Of a DNA stretch of 43,627 nucleotides, positions 33,717 to 42,460 are shown piece by piece. Location: positions 1 through 43,627 of the IMG/VR virus record IMGVR_UViG_3300019874_000009, one strand, 5' to 3'. The first letter of the stretch is position 1, and each line of letters opens with the position of its first letter. The stretch is from a virus. Taxonomy: Duplodnaviria > Caudoviricetes. The position numbers and the translations under genes are program-made. The notes below the pieces were generated by a model. The model was not told the origin of the DNA. It saw only the letters and a program-made list of their open reading frames with translations, and searched no databases.

Positions 33717-34324
33717 CAGAACCACGCTCCTAGTCGTCCGGTCGACCGGTCGCAGATGTCGAACGCGCCGCGCATGAGAGCTCGCGCCGCGTCCTTCTCG
33801 GACATGCCGCGGAACGGGTTGAACCGCGACTGCCGATGCCGCATTCGATAGGCCGCGTAGAGCTTGAACCACTCGAGCGCCAGGTCCGGGCACCGGGCGG
33901 TCTTGAGCGACTCCTCGACCGACGGAGCTGGCTGCATGCCTTCCCGGATGCGTCCGATCCGGGCGACCGCGCTCGACCACTTGACGCCGATCCGCATCGG
34001 GTTGGAGTGGAGCAGCGGGAGCCGCTCGAACTTGGGTGCACCACGCCCGCCCCGTCGGAGGACCATGTCCCCGGGAAGCTCCGGCGGAGCGGGCGGTGGT
34101 CTCTTGGTCGTCCCCTTCGAGGTCGCGCGCGTAGGATCGGCCCCACGTTTGAGAGCCTCGACGATGTCCAGGTCGGTGAGGACGAGCCGCTCGATCGACC
34201 GAGCGCTAGTCTCCACGCCAGCGCGCTCAGCGAACCCCTTCCGGTGCCGCACCATCTCGTCCCGCACCTCGGTCGGCGAGCGCGGGATGAGCGGCTTCGG
34301 CCGGTATGTCGCCTCGTCGCTCAC
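33716..34324 (-). CDS. Hypothetical basic protein
   Basis: GTG 34324 in GTGA overlap. Confidence 0.65.
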   Translation of the reverse strand: MSDEATYRPKPLIPRSPTEVRDEMVRHRKGFAERAGVETSARSIERLVLTDLDIVEALKRGADPTRATSKGTTKRPPPAPPELPGDMVLRRGGRGAPKFERLPLLHSNPMRIGVKWSSAVARIGRIREGMQPAPSVEESLKTARCPDLALEWFKLYAAYRMRHRQSRFNPFRGMSEKDAARALMRGAFDICDRSTGRLGAWF

Positions 34325-34977
34325 TTCTCGCTCTTCTGCTTTCCGGTTGGCGCCTGCTCGTTGCGCGACATCAGCGCCCGGCCGAGCTCGAGGATGCCGT
34401 CTGCAGTGGCCTGCTGCACCTTGAGCATCTTCGACTCGGCCGACTCGGTCTCGCGGTCGCGCCGGGCCTGCACCCTCGCGCGGAGCGTCCGGCGCGCCTT
34501 CTGCTCCGCCAGGTAGTGCTTGCACGCGCGCCGCTCGCCGTGTTCGCCGCGTGGGCACGGAGGCTCGTCGACCAGCGATTGATCGACGAGGTGATGCGGC
34601 TTGATGAGGCCGGCGACCAGGAGTGCCGGTGGGCACTGCCCGATCGGGATCCAGCCCAGCTCGCGCGCCTTCATCTGCATCCAGAGGCCGTAGCGCGAGT
34701 CCTCGATGGGCGCCGCCGACGTGGTGATCGGCACGCGCACCTCGTGGCCGTCGTGACGCAGCACGTGCATCCAGCGCGGGATGCCCGCGAAGGTCGGCTT
34801 CTTCGGATCGCTGTCGCCGTCATGAGCGCGCTGAGGCACGCGTTCCATCCGGGGCAGACGAGTGAGCGGATCGAAGGACGGCTCCCGCACGCCCGTCTCC
34901 GGGTTGAAAGTGCCCGCGCGCATCTGCCGTGCAGCGCGGGCCACGTCGTTGTTGCACCAGAAGATCGGGTCGGCCAT
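34321..34977 (-). CDS. Hypothetical protein (Cys/His cluster and coiled coil)
   Basis: AAGGAG RBS; in head operon. Confidence 0.75.
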   Translation of the reverse strand: MADPIFWCNNDVARAARQMRAGTFNPETGVREPSFDPLTRLPRMERVPQRAHDGDSDPKKPTFAGIPRWMHVLRHDGHEVRVPITTSAAPIEDSRYGLWMQMKARELGWIPIGQCPPALLVAGLIKPHHLVDQSLVDEPPCPRGEHGERRACKHYLAEQKARRTLRARVQARRDRETESAESKMLKVQQATADGILELGRALMSRNEQAPTGKQKSEK

Positions 34978-34980
34978 GGC

Positions 34981-35385
34981 TCACTCCTTCCGGGCCCGCT
35001 GGGCCTCGGCCTGGCGGCGAGCCTTCGCGTGCGCCGCCGCCTCCTTCGCCTTGCTCACGTCGCCGGAGCCAGCCCACTTCCAGTTGGACTTGAGCGGCTG
35101 GCCGACCGGGATCGTGACGACCTGCCCGGCCGGGCCGACCGCGAGGTGACCGGTCGGGTTGGTGCTGGCGATGCGGCCATCGCGTGGCAGTTTGAGCTCG
35201 CCCGCGCGCCGGGCGGCGCGGAGGTCCTGCTCGGCGTTGTAGTGGGCGTCGAGCGCGCGCTCGTACGTCGCCGCGACGTGGCGCGCGCGCTGCTCTGGCG
35301 TCATCTCGTCCTTGATGTTCCGGGGTGCGGGCTCCTCAGGCTGCGGCTGGGCCGGCGCGGTGGTCTTGTCCTTGCTGTCGGTCAT
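34981..35385 (-). CDS. Hypothetical protein downstream of capsid
   Basis: AAGGAG RBS. Confidence 0.75.
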   Translation of the reverse strand: MTDSKDKTTAPAQPQPEEPAPRNIKDEMTPEQRARHVAATYERALDAHYNAEQDLRAARRAGELKLPRDGRIASTNPTGHLAVGPAGQVVTIPVGQPLKSNWKWAGSGDVSKAKEAAAHAKARRQAEAQRARKE

Positions 35386-35397
35386 CGTCTTCTCCTT

Positions 35398-36348
35398 TCA
35401 CGGTGCCGCGTTGGTGATGATGGCGGAGCCGGATCCGTCCAGCATCTCGCCGACGCCCCAGCGGGCCGTCATGACGAAGTCACTGGTACGCCGCTTGGCG
35501 TGGCGCTCCATCTCGAACCGCGGGAGCCGCTTCCACACGGCCCCGAAGGTCGTGTGTCCGAAGTTGTCATTGACCGCGGTGCTCGGCACGAAGCCCGCCC
35601 CGACCACGTCGACCGCCGCGTTGGCGGTGTCGGTGAGGCCGGAGACGAAGACCGGGTAGCCGCGGAAGGTGGAAATCTGCCGAGACGTGAGGCTCGGCAT
35701 CGGCTGCCAGGACAGGATGCGATCGGCCGCCATGGCGTAAATCGCCTGGGCGGCGTTGGTGCCGATGAGGGCCGCGTTGATGTCGGCGGCCTGCTTGTTG
35801 TCGAGGACGTAGACCATGCCCTCGGCCTGGACCCCGCGGGTGAGCAGATCGGACTGGACCTGCAGGAGCTGCGCGACGGTGAGGTCGACGTTGGTGGTGC
35901 CGACCACGTTCGACAGGCCGGCGAAGAGCGCGATGAAATCGTCGTCCATCGCGAGCAGGAGGACGTGCAGCATGCGCTGGTCGAACTGGATCAGTAGATC
36001 CCAGGCCGGAATCGAGTCCTCCGGCACCTTGTCCTCGAGCTCGTGCGCGACACCGTACTCGCCCGCGGCGATGGTGACGACGCCAGTCGAGCGCGCGACG
36101 TTCGGGACGTCGGTGAGCTCGGCCTGGTCGAACTCGGTGTCGACGCCAGCGCCGCGGTCGGCGGGCGAGCCCCAGAAGGAGTTCTCGACCGGGATTTTCG
36201 CCGTCTTGGTCGGCTGCCCGATCAGGTTGAACTCCTTCGCGAAGCCCGCGAAGCCGGGCACCTCTGATAGCGCCCGCACGATGTACGGCTGGATGAGGCT
36301 GGGGTTGGTGAGGTCGTCGAGTGTGGTGGTCGTGGTCTCGGCGGACAT
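35398..36348 (-). CDS. Major capsid protein (HK97 fold, no delta domain)
   Basis: 316 aa after scaffold; TAKIPV, VTIAAGEYG, MDDDFIALF, STFRGYPVFVS, WGVGEM patterns. Confidence 0.85.
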   Translation of the reverse strand: MSAETTTTTLDDLTNPSLIQPYIVRALSEVPGFAGFAKEFNLIGQPTKTAKIPVENSFWGSPADRGAGVDTEFDQAELTDVPNVARSTGVVTIAAGEYGVAHELEDKVPEDSIPAWDLLIQFDQRMLHVLLLAMDDDFIALFAGLSNVVGTTNVDLTVAQLLQVQSDLLTRGVQAEGMVYVLDNKQAADINAALIGTNAAQAIYAMAADRILSWQPMPSLTSRQISTFRGYPVFVSGLTDTANAAVDVVGAGFVPSTAVNDNFGHTTFGAVWKRLPRFEMERHAKRRTSDFVMTARWGVGEMLDGSGSAIITNAAP

Positions 36349-36361
36349 TGGGCCGCGCCTT

Positions 36362-37087
36362 TCAGCGCAGCTTGACGGTCGTCCCTCTCGCCTGCTCCTG
36401 CAGAGTCTTGCGGTACCAGTCGAGGCCCTTCTCGCGGATGAGGTGGGCCCTGTCCGCCTCGCTCATGGTGAACAGGTTGACGCCGTCCAGGCTGCGCGCT
36501 GGTGCCGCCTGGCCCCCGCCATCGCTGGCAGGTGGCCCGGTCGGCCCCGGTGGTGTCGCAGCCGCACCAGCGGCACCCGACATCTGCGTCGGGTTCATCA
36601 TTGACAGATAGCTCGTGACCCACGCGGCCACATCGGGCGGGTTCTCGAATCCGAACGCTCGCTGCATCAGCTGCAGCTGGCCCCCGTTGAGCGGCTTGCC
36701 CGCGATCGCGACAGCGAATTCGTCGCGTCGGGCGATGAGCCGCTCGACATCGGCCAGCGTCGCTCCTGCGGAGGGCGCCTGATTCGATCCCGTCGATGCG
36801 GCCGGCGGAGTCGCGGGCGATCCCGCCTGGCCCCCGGCCTTCGCCACCATCCCCTCCACCATCCGGCGCGTGTTGGCGTACACGCTGTCGATCGCCCGCG
36901 CGAACCACGGCGGAGGCTGGTCCTCCGGTGTCGATGCGGGCGGCCCCTGAGCGCCTGGGGCTCCGGTCGGTGCAGGCTGAGCCGGCGGTTGTCCCGCTGG
37001 CGTTTGCCCGGCAGGAGGTGCAGCGCCGCCGCCACCACCGCCGTTCGGGGCCTGGTTCAAGAGGATTCGTGCGAACTGGTGCAGCAT
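36362..37087 (-). CDS. Capsid scaffolding protein
   Basis: Pro/Gly/Ala-rich low-complexity N-terminus, C-terminal MSEADR..LI helix; between portal and capsid; GGAG RBS before ATG 37087 (alternative start 37102). Confidence 0.75.
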   Translation of the reverse strand: MLHQFARILLNQAPNGGGGGGAAPPAGQTPAGQPPAQPAPTGAPGAQGPPASTPEDQPPPWFARAIDSVYANTRRMVEGMVAKAGGQAGSPATPPAASTGSNQAPSAGATLADVERLIARRDEFAVAIAGKPLNGGQLQLMQRAFGFENPPDVAAWVTSYLSMMNPTQMSGAAGAAATPPGPTGPPASDGGGQAAPARSLDGVNLFTMSEADRAHLIREKGLDWYRKTLQEQARGTTVKLR

Positions 37088-37092
37088 GTCAT

Positions 37093-37148
37093 CTCCGACC
37101 ATCGGGGCCGTCGTCGCCCGCTCCGACCGTTGGGGCCGTCATCGCCCT
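37093..37148. repeat. 28-bp tandem repeat in the scaffold gene leader
   Basis: CTCCGACCATCGGGGCCGTCGTCGCCCG and CTCCGACCGTTGGGGCCGTCATCGCCCT, 24/28 identical. Confidence 0.85.
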
Positions 37149-37177
37149 GCGAGATCGACCGTGCTCTCGCGTGTGGT

Positions 37178-38695
37178 TCACGGGGGGCCCTCGTCGGTCT
37201 TGCCGCCCGGCAGAGCGCGCAGCGGTGCGCCGCTCCGATCTGTTGGAACGCCGTCGTCGATCCCGCCCTGGAGCGCCTGGAGCCTCTTGAGCTTCTTGAC
37301 GCGGTCGGTCTCGACGTCGATGTTGTGGTCGAGCGCCGCCCCGGCGAGCTCCGGCGTGAGGTCCGGGTTGCGGCGCATCAGATAGTCCTCGGTGTTATCG
37401 AGCGCGAGGCGACGCTTCTTCTCGAACAGGTCGAGTTCCTCATTCTCGGTCAGCGGGGTCTGGCTCTCGCCGAAGTCGATCCGCCAGCCGTCCAGGCTGA
37501 AAATGCGCGCCGGGTCGTCTCGCTTGAGCACCGCGACCATGACCACCGCGAAGCGCTTCTCGAAGCGCCGGAACATCGGCTGCTGTTCCTTGCGCAGCTC
37601 GCGGATTGGCACGCGCATGAGCTCGCGCGCCTCGGCGGACTGCACGCCCGCGTGCTCGAGCAGGCTCGCCGAGATCCCGTGATTCGCGGCGAGCGCGCGC
37701 ACGGTGTGATCGGCCTGGCCCTGGAACATGGTGAGGTCCATCGACCGATCGGCGACGTTCGCAGCCACTCCTTCCGGGAGCTCGCCGGGGACATCGCTGT
37801 CCGACACCTGGCCGCGCGTGACGCCCGACAGATCGCCGGAAAGGAGCAGCTGCTTGGTCGCGCTCTTGGACTCCTTGAGTCCGAACACGTTCTGCATCCA
37901 GATCGCCACGTGTCCGGCGACCAGATCCTCGCCCTCCTCGCCCGGCCACACGCCAGCCGCGGTCGGATCCTGCGTCACGAGCAGATACGGGTTCACGCCC
38001 AGGCCGTGTTCGACCAGCGTGGTGCCGAGCGGCGACATCCGTCCGTCCAGTCGCACGCGCTCGTGATCGGTCCACAGCACCCACTCGGCCTTGCGCTCAT
38101 CCAGAGATCGCGCGGTGCGAAACTCGGTCTTCACCAGGAACCCGACCACCATGCTCGCGTCGTTGGGATGAAGCACGAGCCTGAAGCGCGACGGGGTCAC
38201 GATGTCGACCACCGGCTCGCGGAGCCCGTCGGGGCGGAGCCGCACGCGAAACCCCACCAGGATGATCCGGTGCAGGTTGTACATGCGGTTGAACACCTGG
38301 GCCTTCGTCTCGAATTCGACGTCGTCCAGGAGCTCCTGATACTTCTTGTTCGACTCCGCATCGGCCACCGCACGCCGGGCTGGCTCGGTGTAGACCGTGC
38401 TCTCTTCGCGCACGATGCGTCGGATCGCGTTGTTGTAGCGCGCGAACGGGACCCACTTCTTGCGCATGGCCCGCACCGACTCGCTCTCGAGCACATCGTC
38501 GATCACGCGGTCCATGTACCTGCAACCGCCGTCGTGGATGAGCTCGTCGCGGATCTCGTGGCGGCGCTGGCGCTCGATGTCCTCGGGCCGGTGGCAGTTG
38601 GTGCGCACGTACGCCCCGAGCTCTTCGAGCGACAGCGGCGGCCCGGCTGCGCCCGACGGCAGCGTGGCCAGGACCTGCATGATCGAGACTGTCAC
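37178..38695 (-). CDS. Portal protein (SPP1 gp6-like)
   Basis: Follows terminase (GTGA overlap); NAIRRIV..S.VY..P.R, HGLGVNPY, FRRFEKRF, IDFGE patterns. Confidence 0.85.
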   Translation of the reverse strand: MTVSIMQVLATLPSGAAGPPLSLEELGAYVRTNCHRPEDIERQRRHEIRDELIHDGGCRYMDRVIDDVLESESVRAMRKKWVPFARYNNAIRRIVREESTVYTEPARRAVADAESNKKYQELLDDVEFETKAQVFNRMYNLHRIILVGFRVRLRPDGLREPVVDIVTPSRFRLVLHPNDASMVVGFLVKTEFRTARSLDERKAEWVLWTDHERVRLDGRMSPLGTTLVEHGLGVNPYLLVTQDPTAAGVWPGEEGEDLVAGHVAIWMQNVFGLKESKSATKQLLLSGDLSGVTRGQVSDSDVPGELPEGVAANVADRSMDLTMFQGQADHTVRALAANHGISASLLEHAGVQSAEARELMRVPIRELRKEQQPMFRRFEKRFAVVMVAVLKRDDPARIFSLDGWRIDFGESQTPLTENEELDLFEKKRRLALDNTEDYLMRRNPDLTPELAGAALDHNIDVETDRVKKLKRLQALQGGIDDGVPTDRSGAPLRALPGGKTDEGPP

Positions 38696-40392
38696 TGCGC
38701 CGCCTCCTCTTCTTCCCACGGCGGCAGGTGACGCGGGCGCTCGATCGCCCACAGTCCATATCGCAGCGACGCGGGCCAGTGCGACGGGTCCTTCTTGTTC
38801 TTGCGCTGCATCTCGGCCTTGCCGTCGGAGTCACGCTCGGAGGTTTCGATCGCAGCTACCAGCCTGGGCGCGACCGGCTCGCCGCGGTCGTCGATGTTCA
38901 CGAACAGGCGGCGCTCCTTCTCGGCGTTGCACATCAGGGAGTTGACCATCTCGATGCCCCCCTCCTTCGGCACGCGCCCGACCTTCACCTTCGTGACCGA
39001 CGCGATGGTCGCGGCCGGGAGGATGAAGAACCCGCCGCCCGGCTTCCCGTCGCCGTTCTTGAAGATGGTGTACACGCTCTTGTCCGGCCGTTGCTCGTCG
39101 TTGCCCGAGTCCGAGTACGGATCGGCGCGCACCAGCACGCGCCCGCCGGTTTCCGACGGCCGCCCGCGCCAGTCGAGCGTGTTGCACCGCCAGCGCTCTC
39201 GCACCCGCGCGAGCAGCTGCAGCACGTGCGCCTCGGTGGTCGACTCTTCGGTCGTGAGCTCGTCCACCACCCACCACCGGATGCGCTGCTTTCCGACCAT
39301 GCGATACGCCTTGAGCATGATCGACACGTCGAACAGCTTCCCCGGGTCGTGGCCTACGAGCAGCGTCAAGCGCGGCCCCCACGGCGAGAGCACCTCGGCC
39401 GTGACGTCCTCGACGCCGAGTTCGGGGATGGGGCGAAGGTTGAGCGAGTGATCCCACGACGGATACGTGGCTCGCTCGATGCCGAGATCGAGGGCCAGCA
39501 CACGGCGCGCGTACTCGCGCGGCGACAGCTCGCGCTTGCGGGCTTCCCAGAACTCGCGGTCTACGTACGCGTTCGCGAAGCCCGACAGAGACTGCACCAG
39601 ACAGTGCGGCGTGCGGACCCACTTGTCCTTGAACGTGCGGTACTGCGGAGACGCCTTGTTCGTCGCGGTCAAGAGCAGCGGATAGCGGCCACCCATCGCG
39701 CGCCGGCCGCGAGCTCGCACGTCCTCGACCACGTCGAGTTGATCCTGCGTCTCGTCCATCGCGCCACCGGCCCAGTCGTAGCCCTGCACCGGCGAGCCTT
39801 CCGCTTCCGATTGGCGGTGGGCCGACACCAACCGGAGTCGATGCGATCCATTGCCGAACGAGTACAGCCAGTCGCGCTGGCGATACGAGTACCACTCGTC
39901 CGGCATCGCCTCGGTGAGCGTCTGCCGCACGCGCTCGAGCCGGGCCTGCGTCGGCGCGGTGCAACCGAACTCCAGGCCGCGGCCCATGAACTCGATCGCG
40001 GCGAGGATGAGCCATCGGGCTAGCACGGCGGTCTTCCCTGCGCCCTCGGCGCCCTCGATGAGGATCTGCAGCGGCGACTCAGCGTCGACCGGGACGAGCT
40101 TCGCCGCGCGGTCGACCAGGATGCGCCGCTGGTCGGCCGACGCCAGCCACACGACCGGGTTGCGCGACTCGGAGTGCCACACGCCCAGGCGCGTGTCGAA
40201 CACGCCGCCGAAGAGCTCGGGCTCGCGGATGCAGACGACCTTCGGGCCGTCGGGCCGGATCGGGACGCCAGTGGGATCTTGCTCGACCGTGTAGAGCTCG
40301 ACGCCGAAGTCGACCAGACGCTCTTCACTGCAGTGAGCCCTTGCCTCGCGCGACAATCGGCGGAGTTGTAACTGCGTTTCGGCGAGCGGCAT
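38692..40392 (-). CDS. terL: Terminase large subunit
   Basis: Walker A GAEGAGKT, APT motif, Walker B GAMDE, LTAT coupling motif, nuclease VGHDPG and C-terminal D..H...SLRY. Confidence 0.9.
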   Translation of the reverse strand: MPLAETQLQLRRLSREARAHCSEERLVDFGVELYTVEQDPTGVPIRPDGPKVVCIREPELFGGVFDTRLGVWHSESRNPVVWLASADQRRILVDRAAKLVPVDAESPLQILIEGAEGAGKTAVLARWLILAAIEFMGRGLEFGCTAPTQARLERVRQTLTEAMPDEWYSYRQRDWLYSFGNGSHRLRLVSAHRQSEAEGSPVQGYDWAGGAMDETQDQLDVVEDVRARGRRAMGGRYPLLLTATNKASPQYRTFKDKWVRTPHCLVQSLSGFANAYVDREFWEARKRELSPREYARRVLALDLGIERATYPSWDHSLNLRPIPELGVEDVTAEVLSPWGPRLTLLVGHDPGKLFDVSIMLKAYRMVGKQRIRWWVVDELTTEESTTEAHVLQLLARVRERWRCNTLDWRGRPSETGGRVLVRADPYSDSGNDEQRPDKSVYTIFKNGDGKPGGGFFILPAATIASVTKVKVGRVPKEGGIEMVNSLMCNAEKERRLFVNIDDRGEPVAPRLVAAIETSERDSDGKAEMQRKNKKDPSHWPASLRYGLWAIERPRHLPPWEEEEAAQ

Positions 40393-40750
40393 CGTTCCGC
40401 GTCCCTTGCGACAATTTCTGCATCGACTCCAGCGCCGCCTTGAGCTCCTGCGCCGCCTTGATCTGGTCGCGTGCCGTGATCGACGCCTCGAGCTTGTTGA
40501 GCAAGGCCTCCTCGCGGCGGATGTATTCCAACTCCATCGCCGTGCCGCCCTTGCGTGTGCGCAGGTACAACTCAGCGCGCCGCTTCAGGATGCCCTCGGC
40601 GGTGGAGAGCTCGGCGACCGCCTCCTCAACAGTCATGTTAAGGGGGGCAAACGTCGATTTGGACTGCCCTCCTACCGGTCGCTTGGCAGGCTTGGCGTCG
40701 TCCGGCGGATTCGCCTTGACATCCTCAGGGCCGTCGGGATCGCGATCCAC
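40325..40750 (-). CDS. Putative terminase small subunit
   Basis: 141 aa helical protein directly upstream of and overlapping terL by 68 nt; call by position only. Confidence 0.5.
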   Translation of the reverse strand: MDRDPDGPEDVKANPPDDAKPAKRPVGGQSKSTFAPLNMTVEEAVAELSTAEGILKRRAELYLRTRKGGTAMELEYIRREEALLNKLEASITARDQIKAAQELKAALESMQKLSQGTRNDAARRNAVTTPPIVARGKGSLQ

Positions 40751-40779
40751 TCGGACAAGCTACGGGAGCTCGCCGCGGA

Positions 40780-41496
40780 TCACAACATCAGGATTTTCTG
40801 AACCCCGCCGACCAGGCCGTCGAGCCGGAACAAGCTCAGCACCGAGCTCAGTCGTTGAGCGCGCAATTTGTCGTTGAGTGCCGCGGCCTTCATGATGAGC
40901 GAGTCGATCGACGCGGCCACCGCGGCCCGCACTTCCGGGAGCTCGGCCAGGCGGTGTGGGTTGTCCATTTCCGGCACCTCGGCGCGCAGCGCATCGGTGA
41001 TGAAGGCGAACTCGTGAGGTGTGCGTGAGGTCCTCGGGTCGAGTCGGTTGGCCGCGACGTTCACCGTCCACGCGCGCTCGGTCTTGTTCTCGGTCCCGAC
41101 GATCGAGTCGGCGGTGGTGCCGCTGTGATTGAACTTGCGGAGCTCGCCGTCGCGCGGCGGTCTCTCGCCCATGCGCGGCCCGCCGAACCGCGATCGCGCC
41201 CATCGCTTGCCCGCCGCGTATGCCTGCTCCTGATAGCTGCGCGTGAGCTGCGTCGACTCGGACACCGTCGACGAAATGCGCCGCACCTTCTCGGCCAGCG
41301 CGCCGGCCGCGGCCTGGGCGGGCCCGTGGCCGAGCTGCACCTCGTCGAACACGTGCACCAGCGGCTCGCTCTCGATCTGGATCGACATGCGCGCTCGCCC
41401 GCGCTCGCCGGTGGTGGCCGACGTGCGACCGAGTCGCCCGGTGATCGCGCCGCTCGACAAGTTGCTGTAGTCGGACGTGACGATGACCGACGCCAT
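40780..41496 (-). CDS. Hypothetical protein, possible neck/tail completion protein
   Basis: ATG 41496 in TGATG overlap; FNHSGTTADSI resembles the TG.L..SI motif of HK97 gp10-like proteins. Confidence 0.55.
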   Translation of the reverse strand: MASVIVTSDYSNLSSGAITGRLGRTSATTGERGRARMSIQIESEPLVHVFDEVQLGHGPAQAAAGALAEKVRRISSTVSESTQLTRSYQEQAYAAGKRWARSRFGGPRMGERPPRDGELRKFNHSGTTADSIVGTENKTERAWTVNVAANRLDPRTSRTPHEFAFITDALRAEVPEMDNPHRLAELPEVRAAVAASIDSLIMKAAALNDKLRAQRLSSVLSLFRLDGLVGGVQKILML

Positions 41497-42212
41497 CACG
41501 GCACCGGCTGGTAGACCGACCAGTCGTCCAGGTAGCACCCGTCGACGGAGTCGATCCTGATGCCGGCCGTGCCCCACGAGAACGTCGAGCTCGACGTCTC
41601 GAGCACCAACTGGTCGTCGAGGCGGAGCCGCAGCCGCGAGCCGAGTGCCTCGAACGACATCGAGTGCCACTCGTCCGGCGAGGGCGGGACGTAGTGCGAG
41701 TCATCGATCGCGAGCACCGTGTACACGCCGGCCCACTTGCGCTGGATCTGCACGACACCGTCGAAGCGCCAGCTGGCGACGTAGAGATCGTCCTCGGTGC
41801 GGTAGCGGATGAACGCCTTGATGCCGGGATAGTTCGTGTCGCCGGTCTTGCCGCGGTGGAAGAACCGGAAGCGCGTGCCACAGTCGGTCCACTTGATCGG
41901 CAGCGCGTTGCCCGGCACGTACCCGAGCGCCACGACGCGGAAGTCGGAGTCGGGCGCGCGCACCTGGCCGCGCGTGTACTGGTTCTCGGAGCCGATCAGG
42001 ATCGCGTCGAGGCAACCGGACGTCACATCGAGGTGTTCGCGACGCGTCTTGCCGCTCGAGCACTCGATCTCGTCGGGCACGCCGGGCGCGGGCGCGTAGG
42101 CGCTGAAATCCTCGACGCCATCGGGGTAGATCGAACTCAGGCCGTGCCACGGCATGAGATGGACCGGGCCGGACGGGTACTGCCCGGCGGCGCTGAATGG
42201 GTTGTACGTCAT
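41496..42212 (-). CDS. Concanavalin-like lectin/DUF1080-type beta-sandwich protein
   Basis: WHSMSFEALGSRLRLRLDDQLVLE...GTAGIR...LDDWSV C-terminal signature. Confidence 0.7.
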   Translation of the reverse strand: MTYNPFSAAGQYPSGPVHLMPWHGLSSIYPDGVEDFSAYAPAPGVPDEIECSSGKTRREHLDVTSGCLDAILIGSENQYTRGQVRAPDSDFRVVALGYVPGNALPIKWTDCGTRFRFFHRGKTGDTNYPGIKAFIRYRTEDDLYVASWRFDGVVQIQRKWAGVYTVLAIDDSHYVPPSPDEWHSMSFEALGSRLRLRLDDQLVLETSSSTFSWGTAGIRIDSVDGCYLDDWSVYQPVP

Positions 42213-42460
42213 GGCGCGGTCCAACCGTCCGGGATGCCCGCGGCCGCGTGAGCACCATCGCCCGCGCGCCGGCACGACTCGTCGAAGAGATCGCGCCTGA
42301 TCTCATCGGCACCGACGAAGAGCGGATCGCCGCACTCGCACCGGACCACCACGACGTCGTAGCGGTCGGTCGCCACGTGGCTCACGAAGCCGTGGCGGCG
42401 ATGCCCGGGGTAGGACGCTCGAGCGACACGGCCGATGGCCTGCGCGGTGACTAGTGGCAT
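42209..42460 (-). CDS. Hypothetical protein (H..CEC motif)
   Basis: Overlaps both neighbours. Confidence 0.55.
   Translation of the reverse strand: MPLVTAQAIGRVARASYPGHRRHGFVSHVATDRYDVVVVRCECGDPLFVGADEIRRDLFDESCRRAGDGAHAAAGIPDGWTAP

Noticed and set aside
17649-40023. Many long plus-strand ORFs (e.g. 17649..19493, 20308..22335, 24505..26379, 27398..29371, 34306..35997, 36989..38731)
   Set aside because: Antisense shadows of real minus-strand genes in high-GC DNA; Arg/Gly/Val-rich, no motifs or RBS
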